From: an uncultured Aminicenantes bacterium
GTDB taxonomy: Bacteria > Acidobacteriota > Aminicenantia > UBA2199
Direction of reading: 5' to 3'
NCBI GenBank assembly: GCA_965195285.1
Contig: CBDAFS010000062.1
Location: forward strand, 128,001 to 192,000
DNA length: 64,000 nt
A program made the position numbers and the translations under genes. Positions 9,672 through 18,479 of this stretch are shown here, one piece after another; within the stretch, counting starts at the first letter, position 1, and every line of letters begins with the position of its first letter. The notes below the pieces were generated by a model. The model saw only the letters and a program-made list of their open reading frames with translations, ran no database searches and was not told where the DNA came from.

Positions 9672-9762
9672 AGGACAGTTCTAATTTATTATAAGCAAAA
9701 TTTTAAAAACAGAACTGTTCCTTTTTTATTACAATAAAATTAAAAAATTAAAACCCCGTCCC
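9672..9762. repeat. Degenerate inverted repeat AGGACAGTTCT/AGAACTGTTCC plus AAAACCCCGTCCC motif at the island's right edge
   Basis: Copies at 9672-9682, 9711-9721 and 9750-9762; similar to the motifs at 7097-7644. Confidence 0.55.
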
Positions 9763-9812
9763 TTAAAGTGGCCGGGGTTGATTTGGGGGGGGGATTTTAA
9801 TACAATGGATTG

Positions 9813-12161
9813 ATGGCTGAGGCGTATTATTTAAAAGACTTTTCGGAAGATTCGGTCAGGGATCTGATCAAAGAAGTCTATGGTTTGGAGGCCTCGGTTT
9901 CCAAAATGGCTGCCGAGCGGGACTTCAATTACCTGGTCAAAACCGGAGACAAAACTTCCTATGTGTTCAAGATTTCAAACCCGGAAGACAGCCGGGAAAT
10001 AGTAGAAGCCCAGCACCAGGTCCTGAACCACCTGGCCCGGGGGAAGGGTGAGATCAACTGTCCCCAACCAATTGAAACCCGATCCGGTGACACTATTTTC
10101 AGGGTCAGCTGTGGCCCGGACCGAAAATCCTTTTTTTTCCGCCTCTTGACCTTTCTGGAAGGTAAGTTCTACAGCGATCTTGAAGCACATTCTCCCGAAT
10201 TGGAAAAAAACCTGGGTGAATTCCTGGGGGCCATGGACCGGGAGTTAACCGGATTTGTCCACCCGGCCCTGAACCGCTACTTTATCTGGGACCTGAAAAA
10301 TATCAGGGATATCCGCCCCTATCTGAAAGATATTCCGGAGACCGACCGGCGAAACCTGGTATTGCATTTCATTCAGTTATATGAAACCGAGGTGGAACCG
10401 TTCCGCCATCTGCTGCCCTGTTCGGTGATCCACAATGATGCCAATGACCACAATATTCTGGTGGACGATTCCGGCTCCCGGGTAACCGGTATCATTGATT
10501 TCGGTGACATGGTCTACTCCCAGACCGTCAATGAATTAGCCGCCGGCCTGGCCTATGCCATCATGAACAAAACCGACCCGACCAAAACCATGGTCCGGGT
10601 GGTTTCCGGATACCATTGCCAGCGTCCCCTGACAGAAGCGGAGATCGACGCACTGTTTTTTCTGATAGCTGCGCGGCTCAGCATCAGTGTGGCCCTGTCC
10701 GCCCACCGATTGAACCATTCCCCCGGAAATAAATATCTGCAGATTTCTACTGCCCCGGCCTGGGAAACATTAGAACAGCTGGGCCGAATCAATCCCGACC
10801 GGATTACCCTAACCCTGCGCAAAGAGTGTGGGTTTTCACAGGCCGGCATCCGATCGGGACCTTCTGTCAACGAAATCCTCCAATCCCGAAAACAGCGGAT
10901 CGGAAGCACCCTGAGCATTTCCTATCAGAAACCCCTTAAAATGACCCGGGGATATATGCAGTATCTATTCGATAATGAGGGCAAAGAATTTCTGGATACG
11001 GTCAACAATGTCTGCCATGTAGGTCATTGTCACCCCCGGGTGGTGGAAGCCGCCCAGCGCCAGTTCAGCCTGTTAAACACCAACACCCGGTATCTTTATG
11101 ATTCTCTGGTGGACCTGTCTGAATCCCTGTGTAGCACGCTACCCGAACCCCTGAGGGTATGTTATTTTGTGAATTCCGGCAGTGAAGCCAACGAACTGGC
11201 CCTGCGCATCGCCAAGACCTGTACCGGACACAGAGATTTTGTGGTCATCGATCATGCCTATCACGGCAATACCAATGCGGTCATTGAGATCAGCCCCTAT
11301 AAATTCGATGGGCCCGGCGGCACCGGCCAGTCCCCACATGTCCACAAGGTCCGGATGCCCGATACCTACCGGGGTGAATTCCGGGAGGATGATCCAAAAG
11401 CCGGATTAAAATACGGCCGGGATATCGACCAGGCCCTCAGGAAAATCAAACAGACCGGAAAGGGCATTGCCGGGTTTATTGCCGAATCCATCAGCAGTGT
11501 CGGGGGTCAAATATTTCTGCCTGCCCATTATCTCGAATCTATTTACGAACAGGTGCGAAAAGCCGGGGGCCTCTGTATCGCCGATGAAGTCCAGGTGGGG
11601 TTCGGACGGGTGGGCAGCCATTTCTGGGCCTTCGAATTACAGGATGTGGTACCGGATATAGTGACCATGGGCAAACCCATGGGCAACGGCCATCCGATAG
11701 CAGCCGTGGTAACCACTCCCGAGATCGATGCGGCCTTTAACAAGGGCATGGAATACTTCAATACCTTTGGAGGTAATCCCGTGGCCTGCACCATCGGCCT
11801 GTCGGTATTAGAGGTGATCCGGAGCGAAAATCTGCAACAACACGCTTCAGAGGTGGGAAAATATTTCCTCGAACAGCTAGAAGAATTAATGAAGGAGCAC
11901 GATCTGATCGGCGATGTACGGGGATCGGGATTGTTTCTGGGTATCGAACTGGTCCTGGACCGCTCCAGCCTGGAACCGGCTAAAGAACATGCCTATGATA
12001 TTGCCAATCGAATGCGGGAGAACGGAATCCTTATCAGCATCGACGGTCCGCTTCACAATGTGATAAAAATCAAGCCCCCCCTGGTTTTCAATAAAAAGGA
12101 TGCTGACCGCTATGTCGAACAGCTGGACCGGATACTCAACATAAAACGGACATTAGATTGA
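9813..12161 (+). CDS. Fused aminoglycoside-phosphotransferase-like kinase / class III PLP enzyme (hydroxylysine kinase + phospho-lyase-like)
   Basis: N-terminal IHNDANDHN and IIDFGD kinase motifs; C-terminal NNVCHVGH, SGSEAN, DEVQVGFGR, TMGKPMGNG (PLP Lys) and IKIKPP typical of AGXT2L/PHYKPL. Confidence 0.85.
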   Translation: MAEAYYLKDFSEDSVRDLIKEVYGLEASVSKMAAERDFNYLVKTGDKTSYVFKISNPEDSREIVEAQHQVLNHLARGKGEINCPQPIETRSGDTIFRVSCGPDRKSFFFRLLTFLEGKFYSDLEAHSPELEKNLGEFLGAMDRELTGFVHPALNRYFIWDLKNIRDIRPYLKDIPETDRRNLVLHFIQLYETEVEPFRHLLPCSVIHNDANDHNILVDDSGSRVTGIIDFGDMVYSQTVNELAAGLAYAIMNKTDPTKTMVRVVSGYHCQRPLTEAEIDALFFLIAARLSISVALSAHRLNHSPGNKYLQISTAPAWETLEQLGRINPDRITLTLRKECGFSQAGIRSGPSVNEILQSRKQRIGSTLSISYQKPLKMTRGYMQYLFDNEGKEFLDTVNNVCHVGHCHPRVVEAAQRQFSLLNTNTRYLYDSLVDLSESLCSTLPEPLRVCYFVNSGSEANELALRIAKTCTGHRDFVVIDHAYHGNTNAVIEISPYKFDGPGGTGQSPHVHKVRMPDTYRGEFREDDPKAGLKYGRDIDQALRKIKQTGKGIAGFIAESISSVGGQIFLPAHYLESIYEQVRKAGGLCIADEVQVGFGRVGSHFWAFELQDVVPDIVTMGKPMGNGHPIAAVVTTPEIDAAFNKGMEYFNTFGGNPVACTIGLSVLEVIRSENLQQHASEVGKYFLEQLEELMKEHDLIGDVRGSGLFLGIELVLDRSSLEPAKEHAYDIANRMRENGILISIDGPLHNVIKIKPPLVFNKKDADRYVEQLDRILNIKRTLD

Positions 12162-12182
12162 ATCGGTTTTTATGACCCTCAT

Positions 12183-13031
12183 TTAAAATTCAACCCCGAA
12201 ACGTTTTCTCAAGGCTAATACAATGATGATCACCAGGATCAGGTGATAGACCAACCAGTGGGTTTTCAATCCTAACAGGGAAACACTCTTGGCCGGATAT
12301 CGGAGAGAAAGGGTGTCGACCGGACCGACATTTTTAATTAATTTTTCAGCCGGATAGATAAAATGGTCGACAGAGGATTTTCCCATTTTTTTGTTCGAAA
12401 GGGATTCCGTATTTTTACCGATCACCAGGTTTTTACTGATTATCTGCTCATTGACCTGAACCCGAATATCAGTATGGCCCGGTTTCAGGCACTTCAACTT
12501 CCAGTTTACTTCACGGATGGGTCTGGTGCGTTCATCATCCTCATAGGCATTGATAAAAACCGGATTCATCACCGGCTTAAAATGGTCGCTGTCCAGCAAC
12601 CGGATTTTCATACCTTTCGGATCGGAATTCAACCGGGCCTTGAATACAAAAATATCGTCCGGTTCAAAGGGCCTCATCCCGTAGCGGATGTCCATTTGAA
12701 CAAATATAGGGAAAAGAATGGGAATGATGATGAGCACGGGACCGATATTCAGCATGAAATACTTCAGGGTATAAAACAGACTTTTAAAAAAAGATCCGGT
12801 AATCACCCTCCAGAAATCTTTGTACAGCCTGATGGCTAATATGCTGGATTTTATTTTATTTTTGGTATCCTTGATCCGGGTCGGAGAAGATATATATTTG
12901 AAGATGACCAGTACGATCAGAGAGATCAAAATGCTCAGAAAGAGAATGGCCAAAAAATCCCCCAAAAATCCAAAAGGGTACAGTATCACATCAAATACTT
13001 TGGTAATGAAAAAATTAACCTGCTGTATCAT
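12183..13031 (-). CDS. Membrane protein, DUF106/EMC3/TMCO1-like, with an inserted soluble domain
   Basis: TM1, basic helical loop, TM2 'NIGPVLIIIPILFPIF', beta-rich insert, terminal TM 'HWLVY...LRKRFGV'. The ORF is secure; the family call is by pattern only. Confidence 0.5.
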   Translation of the reverse strand: MIQQVNFFITKVFDVILYPFGFLGDFLAILFLSILISLIVLVIFKYISSPTRIKDTKNKIKSSILAIRLYKDFWRVITGSFFKSLFYTLKYFMLNIGPVLIIIPILFPIFVQMDIRYGMRPFEPDDIFVFKARLNSDPKGMKIRLLDSDHFKPVMNPVFINAYEDDERTRPIREVNWKLKCLKPGHTDIRVQVNEQIISKNLVIGKNTESLSNKKMGKSSVDHFIYPAEKLIKNVGPVDTLSLRYPAKSVSLLGLKTHWLVYHLILVIIIVLALRKRFGVEF

Positions 13032-13220
13032 TTAGGATATGTATCCCAGCCCGCTCAACTTGTCAGCCTGTTCCTCTTTGTTATCATCGGATTTAATGGT
13101 TTCATATTCCTTATTGATCAGATTATCAATGAGTTCTTCCACCGAAGAATATCCGTGAAAGGCCAGGATCTCATCCACTTTCTGGGCACTTTCATTGCTG
13201 AGTTTTACTTTTTTTGCCAT
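13032..13220 (-). CDS. Small ribbon-helix-helix (CopG-like) protein with C-terminal LxxLGY motif
   Basis: AGGAG RBS; KVKLS-helix-GYSSVEELI-helix; ends in 'DKLSGLGYIS'; directly abuts the next gene. Confidence 0.7.
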   Translation of the reverse strand: MAKKVKLSNESAQKVDEILAFHGYSSVEELIDNLINKEYETIKSDDNKEEQADKLSGLGYIS

Positions 13221-13229
13221 TTCTTTCTC

Positions 13230-15200
13230 CTAAATTAGCGATCTTCCCTTTACCGTAGGAACATTTTCGATCCCGAAATATTTCAGAATGGTCGGGGCAA
13301 CATCCCGGATATGGGGGATTTTGGTATTGATCTTGAAATTTGAAACAAAACTGGCCGGTACATGAACCGGATCGATGAGATGATCTCCGGACCACCAGTC
13401 CATATTATCACTGAGCATCTCTTTGGAAAATCCGCCCAGGGCAGCTCCGTCACCACAGCGGTATCCCTTATTGAATCCCATGATGATATCGGGTGCCCGG
13501 TCAATGAAATCCTTGGAAAAATAATCTTCGGATATATAAGCCTGGGAGATTACCTGTTGTCCGTTCTGAGGATCTTTGATCATTTCCAGCTTGGCCTTGA
13601 TCTCTTCCAGAAGTTTTCTCCTTTCCTCCGGTTTTACAATACCCTGGGCTTCCCGTCCCTTTAAATTCAAGTACAATCCGTTAAGCCCCATGAAATAGGC
13701 CTTGGTGTTGTTCCAATCCCCATACCCTAACAAATCAACATCTTCGGAGATACCATCGACAGTCAGCTTTTGATAACCCTCCTGGTATAACCAGTTGTTT
13801 ATATTTACCTGTCGGCGATAGGGATTGAATCCATGGTCCGAGACTACCAGTATGGAAACATCTTCGGGGCATCTCTTGAGCACATCCCCGAGAATACGGT
13901 CATGCATGCGATAGAGCTCATGGTGGATGTAGCCATATTTCTTCTGGGCTTCGGGCTTATAAAAGGGATGATCCTTGTCATTCAAGGCCCAGCACATGTG
14001 CTGGCCCTGATCCGCCGCCGAAAAATAGAAAAACAGAAATCCGCTCTTCTTCTGAAGAAATCGATCAAACTCATATTTAAAAATCTTCTTACTTTCCTCG
14101 AAAACCGACAGGGACTGAACGATATAGTTTTCCATAGAAAAAGTACCCTGACTCAGGGCTTTGGTATCAGCAGGCAAATTAATGGTATGAAAAAGGCCGC
14201 AGTGCTCAGCCAGTTCCTTGCTGTAAGAAGAAGGAGTGCTGATGGACAGGGCCGGATCCCGGGGACTGATATGAATCGGTGACACATACAGCCTGAATTT
14301 TTCCCCCATCTCCATCAGGTAAAACCTGACCATCCCGGTGACGCTGCTGATGTTTGGAATCAGGGGAAATTTGATTTCCACCCATCCGGATAATTGTTTT
14401 TCGGATAACAATATTTCTTTGCCCTGAACATCTATTCTGGCGGTTTTGTGCTGGTAATCCAGATAGGCGCGGAAGGGGATCTCCACATTTTCACCATCCT
14501 CCACCAGGTCATTTTTGGGGCCTTCAATAATCCCATTCTCCATCACATGATCATCGTTGATGTAAGCATAGTACATGTTGTTGGGTGAAATATCCTTTTC
14601 GGATTCCTCTTCATCCGAGGTAAATAGGGTATATATCCCGTAAGTCCCCATGATGTCCGGGGTACCCATACCGGAAATGGTTCGCTGGTTACTATCCGAA
14701 GGGGGGTAATTATTGGGGATCTTAAAGATGGTGGCATCCACATCCCGTTCTTCGAGGTAATCCCAGAAGGCTTTCCCTTCCCGCTTTAAAACCACTTTTC
14801 CGGATTTCAGGGGTATTTTGTATTTCCCTAACTTTACAATCCATTCGGAGGGAAAGGTCTCGGCCCAGGATGGGATGGGGAAATAATTGTTAGGATCCCG
14901 GTGTACCCAGTCAAAAATACCGAAAGTTCCGGGATCTGATCCGGTGATGAAACTCCCCCAGGCAACCGGGCTGTGGGGAGGGATGGTGGTCCTCATCATG
15001 GTAAAAGTCCCTCTCTGGGCCAGTTTCTTCATATTGGGCATCTGCCCCTGTTGCATCAACCGATAGGTGATCATCGGATCCATGCCATCGATACCCAGAA
15101 CAATCATTTTTTTTGATCCGGGTCCGGCGGAGGCAAAGTTCATGAATGGTGTTGCCGCCAATACCATTCCCGTATTTCGAATAAATTCTCGTCGTCTCAT
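13230..15200 (-). CDS. Tat-signal AlkP-superfamily (type I phosphodiesterase/NPP-like) protein
   Basis: MRRREF Tat motif; VLGIDG, PPHSPVAW, D.GQH, SDHG and GDH metal/nucleophile motifs. Confidence 0.85.
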   Translation of the reverse strand: MRRREFIRNTGMVLAATPFMNFASAGPGSKKMIVLGIDGMDPMITYRLMQQGQMPNMKKLAQRGTFTMMRTTIPPHSPVAWGSFITGSDPGTFGIFDWVHRDPNNYFPIPSWAETFPSEWIVKLGKYKIPLKSGKVVLKREGKAFWDYLEERDVDATIFKIPNNYPPSDSNQRTISGMGTPDIMGTYGIYTLFTSDEEESEKDISPNNMYYAYINDDHVMENGIIEGPKNDLVEDGENVEIPFRAYLDYQHKTARIDVQGKEILLSEKQLSGWVEIKFPLIPNISSVTGMVRFYLMEMGEKFRLYVSPIHISPRDPALSISTPSSYSKELAEHCGLFHTINLPADTKALSQGTFSMENYIVQSLSVFEESKKIFKYEFDRFLQKKSGFLFFYFSAADQGQHMCWALNDKDHPFYKPEAQKKYGYIHHELYRMHDRILGDVLKRCPEDVSILVVSDHGFNPYRRQVNINNWLYQEGYQKLTVDGISEDVDLLGYGDWNNTKAYFMGLNGLYLNLKGREAQGIVKPEERRKLLEEIKAKLEMIKDPQNGQQVISQAYISEDYFSKDFIDRAPDIIMGFNKGYRCGDGAALGGFSKEMLSDNMDWWSGDHLIDPVHVPASFVSNFKINTKIPHIRDVAPTILKYFGIENVPTVKGRSLI

Positions 15201-15233
15201 TTCAAATCCCCTTTGTTTTCATTCCATGACTCT

Positions 15234-17321
15234 TCATTGAACCTTCAGGTTTTTTCCTTCAATAAAGGACGGTGGTTCAATGCCAAAAACAGATAACACC
15301 GTGGGCGAGATATCAAGCAGAGAAGGATCTGCCTCCGATATTTTTTTATTACTGAAAAATATCCCGGGCACCTGTTCTCTGGTCAGGGCATGATCCCCGC
15401 TCCACATCTTCAGGTTATCGGAAAAACACCGATCACCCACATAATTCACGGTGGATTCCCAGGATACCCGGTGGCCGATATTATAGCCCACGACAATATC
15501 CGGTGCATTATCCACATAGGGCCCGCGGTATATTTCTTCCCGCTTGTAAACCGATTTTAAAACCCGGGTACGGGTCTTGTCATCGATCACCTTGAGTAAT
15601 TTATCTTTAATTTCACTTTTGATTTTTTCTGCTTCCGGGCCTCTATTCACGATTCCCTGTTTTTCCCTTCCCTTCATATTGAGGAAAATTCCGTTGAGCC
15701 CCTGGCCATAAGCCCTGGATTTTGACCAGTCAACATCGGCATACCATTTACCGCTTTCCTTTTTACCGTCCTTCAATACCAGATAGCCCTGCTGGTGAAG
15801 CCAGGTATTCAAGTGAAATTCGCGATTGAAGGCATTAAATCCATGGTCGGAAACAATCATCAGCAGGTCATTTTTATTGATGCGGGGTAATAGTTTCCCC
15901 AAAAAATCATCCATGGCCCGGTAGGATTCATAGATGGCATTCACAATATGGCTGTCTTTGGAAGGTTTATCGGCCGGGGAACCGGAATGCTTCAGATACC
16001 TCCAGAACATGTGCTGGATTCGATCGGTTGCCTCAAAAACCTGAACCAGCAGCCCCTGCTTGAATTTCCCGAACGTATTAAAAAATATCTTCTCCCGTTC
16101 TTGCTGGGTATTGTATACCTGCTGAAGAAAAACGTCCTCTGACAGAATCCCTTCGTTTACCGCCCAGGTGTCCTCGGCCTGGCCCAGTGTGGCAAAGGCC
16201 CCCAGTAATTTTGACAGATAAACCGAAAAGATTTTGGGATGGGATACGGGCATGGAAGGTTTTTCCGGGTCAATGTTGATGGGAGACAGATACAGTTTGA
16301 TGGGATCGGTGTCTTCCAAAACCCACTGGGCAATCCCGGATATTTTAATCAATCCGGCCTTAAATTCCAGGGGAATCCAGATTGAGAGTTTTTTGCTCTC
16401 GATCCGGTACTTATCCTTGCCTATCTCAATCTCCCCCGAACCATTGCCCTTATTCAGGGTAAATTTAAAATCCAGCTCCAGGGGGGGATTGCCCCGTACA
16501 AAGGGATTGGCAGGACCTTTGATCGTTCCGGCATAGCAATTTTCATCAGTTTTTTCCAGCTTTTCGTAGATTCCTTCCGAAATATCGAAATCCTTGTCTT
16601 TGCCGTCAGAATAAAAACTAAAACTGCCCTGGGATCCTCTCAAATCAGGAGTACTGAGACCGGAAAGCATGCAACCGTAGAACTTTTCGGCCGGAAAGGT
16701 AAAAGGCACCCGTAAAACAGCTGAATATATCCCCTTGCTGCTGACAATTTTCCAGAAACTTTTGCTCTTGCGCTTCCATTCGATCTTGGGCTTGGAAATG
16801 GGTATGGTCAGCTTTCCGATATTTAACACCCGCTTGGGGGGAAGGATATCGGAACTGGCCAGTTTGGGCATGTAGGTATTCCGGTCCGTGGTTAAAAAAT
16901 CAAAAATATTGTGTTTTCCGGGATTCACCCCGGTAGAAAAGGTCGACCAGGCCACCGGAGAAATGGGGGGTTCCGTACTCCATAATGGAGTGAAGGTGCC
17001 GGATTCGGAAACACGGTCAAAATTCGGGAATGATTTTCCTTCTTTTTTGAACCGCTTCATAAGATTGTAATCCATTCCATCAAAACCCACAACGATCACC
17101 CTTTTATATTTGGCTTTTTTTAAGGTTCGGATCCTTTTCAAGAATTTAAAGAAGGTTCTGACCGGAAAGGTCAGCAGGTTAAAAAAGGCTAAGAAAAAGG
17201 CCACAAATATAAAGAAAAAAGATCCCACAAAAGCAAAACCCGCTCCGGGCCCCACATAGGAAAATATAGGACAGACCAGAAATAAAAGCGAGAGGAATAC
17301 GATAACCTTTACTTTTCTCAT
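15234..17321 (-). CDS. Membrane-anchored AlkP-superfamily (type I phosphodiesterase/NPP-like) protein
   Basis: Start reassigned to ATG 17321; signal peptide, YVGPGAG and TM; VGFDG, PPISPVAW, DRIQH, SDHG and GDH motifs; paralogue of the downstream gene. Confidence 0.85.
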   Translation of the reverse strand: MRKVKVIVFLSLLFLVCPIFSYVGPGAGFAFVGSFFFIFVAFFLAFFNLLTFPVRTFFKFLKRIRTLKKAKYKRVIVVGFDGMDYNLMKRFKKEGKSFPNFDRVSESGTFTPLWSTEPPISPVAWSTFSTGVNPGKHNIFDFLTTDRNTYMPKLASSDILPPKRVLNIGKLTIPISKPKIEWKRKSKSFWKIVSSKGIYSAVLRVPFTFPAEKFYGCMLSGLSTPDLRGSQGSFSFYSDGKDKDFDISEGIYEKLEKTDENCYAGTIKGPANPFVRGNPPLELDFKFTLNKGNGSGEIEIGKDKYRIESKKLSIWIPLEFKAGLIKISGIAQWVLEDTDPIKLYLSPINIDPEKPSMPVSHPKIFSVYLSKLLGAFATLGQAEDTWAVNEGILSEDVFLQQVYNTQQEREKIFFNTFGKFKQGLLVQVFEATDRIQHMFWRYLKHSGSPADKPSKDSHIVNAIYESYRAMDDFLGKLLPRINKNDLLMIVSDHGFNAFNREFHLNTWLHQQGYLVLKDGKKESGKWYADVDWSKSRAYGQGLNGIFLNMKGREKQGIVNRGPEAEKIKSEIKDKLLKVIDDKTRTRVLKSVYKREEIYRGPYVDNAPDIVVGYNIGHRVSWESTVNYVGDRCFSDNLKMWSGDHALTREQVPGIFFSNKKISEADPSLLDISPTVLSVFGIEPPSFIEGKNLKVQ

Positions 17322-17431
17322 CAATAATGTTAACACAGTTTTACTCAAGCGTCCATCATGAAACATGTTCAAATCCCCATTTGTAATTTCCATCTTCAAT
17401 GGCACCATACCGTCTTTCATATGATGGTTGT

Positions 17432-17890
17432 CTATCTTGTTTGGTGTTTCTGACATTGGTTGCAAAACCCTTCTAAAATTACCTTCTTGCTCAACACCCG
17501 GTATTGTTTTTTCAGAACCGGGGGAATCTTCAGGTTATCATAGGCCGGATGGTAGATATCAATGATGTCATCGCAGCGAAGACATCTGAAATGGTGATGA
17601 TCCGACAGATTGGGATCAAAACGGCGCGGATTGCCATAACCTTCCACGACTCTCACGATTCCGACTTTTGAAAAAGTCAACAGGGTTCGGTTCACCGTGT
17701 CAAATGAAATATTGGGAAAAATCTTTTTGGCCCTTTTAAACAGTTTTTCCGCACTGGGATGTTCTCTGGATTCGACCAGTTCCCGGTATAACATCAACCG
17801 CTGCGGGGTCAATTTCAGCTTATGCTGTTTACACTTCTCGATAAAACGATCCATATCAAGATCCCGGTCACCAAATTCATCTTTTTTCAT
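17432..17890 (-). CDS. Fur-family regulator (PerR-like)
   Basis: TPQR, HPSAE, RFD, HHHFRCLRC and C-terminal CxxC. Confidence 0.9.
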   Translation of the reverse strand: MKKDEFGDRDLDMDRFIEKCKQHKLKLTPQRLMLYRELVESREHPSAEKLFKRAKKIFPNISFDTVNRTLLTFSKVGIVRVVEGYGNPRRFDPNLSDHHHFRCLRCDDIIDIYHPAYDNLKIPPVLKKQYRVLSKKVILEGFCNQCQKHQTR

Positions 17891-17896
17891 CTCATT

Positions 17897-17925
17897 ACTA
17901 TATAGTATTCGTTCCTATTTGTCAA
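17897..17925 (-). promoter_or_regulatory. sigma70 promoter with putative autoregulatory operator; probable leaderless mRNA
   Basis: TTGACA-N17-TATAGT with 6 nt between the -10 and ATG 17890; imperfect palindrome ATAGTATTCGTTCCTAT (17902-17918) in the spacer. Confidence 0.55.
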
Positions 17926-17978
17926 CATGTTTGAAAAAAAAGAAAGGTCGGAAAAATTATCTTAAAAATGCCGTTTAT

Positions 17979-18380
17979 CTAAAAGTGATAGAGGTCAAAG
18001 AGGGTTAAAATTCCGTAAACCACTCCGATCAGCAACATCACGCTTAAAATGATCAACACCCATCCATATTCAAATTGTCCCCTGGAATCCCAGGACAGGG
18101 TATCTAAAAACTGATGATATTCTTGAGACGGATTGGGAATCCGGACGCCCAGTTCGGTTGAACGCTTCCGCGGACCCTGGTTGCGAACCCATTGAATGAT
18201 ACCCTGAAAGTTCAGGTTTTTATTCTCCGCTTTCAGGGCGATATCGATATCGCGGGGAGTTTTGGAAAGTGGGGTGGACACCCTGAGACCATTCCGGGAA
18301 ATATCAACCAGGGTGCCGGGCTTATTATTGACCTTTAGAATCATGTTTTTTTTGATTCGTTTGTATTTACGTCTATCCAT
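17979..18380 (-). CDS. PilZ-domain protein with C-terminal TM
   Basis: RRKYKR and DISRNG c-di-GMP-binding motifs; hydrophobic C-terminus. Confidence 0.8.
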   Translation of the reverse strand: MDRRKYKRIKKNMILKVNNKPGTLVDISRNGLRVSTPLSKTPRDIDIALKAENKNLNFQGIIQWVRNQGPRKRSTELGVRIPNPSQEYHQFLDTLSWDSRGQFEYGWVLIILSVMLLIGVVYGILTLFDLYHF

Positions 18381-18479
18381 ATCTGTCGACTCCAAATATT
18401 TTATATCATAATAAAATCAAAAATCAACAGAAATAGTGTTAAAAATTATTTTTATTTATATCCGGACAATCGGAATCAA

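Larger units (their letters stand above)
6297..9762. other. AT-rich accessory island with degenerate REP-like repeats
   Basis: Visibly AT-rich and nearly free of the CCGG motif common in flanking DNA; long non-coding gaps; several GGGG(T/A)C...TTGACA and ...CCGTCCCC motifs. Confidence 0.65.

Noticed and set aside
17322-17465. N-terminal extension of the 743-aa ORF (similarly 1906-2085)
   Set aside because: It overlaps neighbouring genes; internal starts give proper signal peptides or RBS
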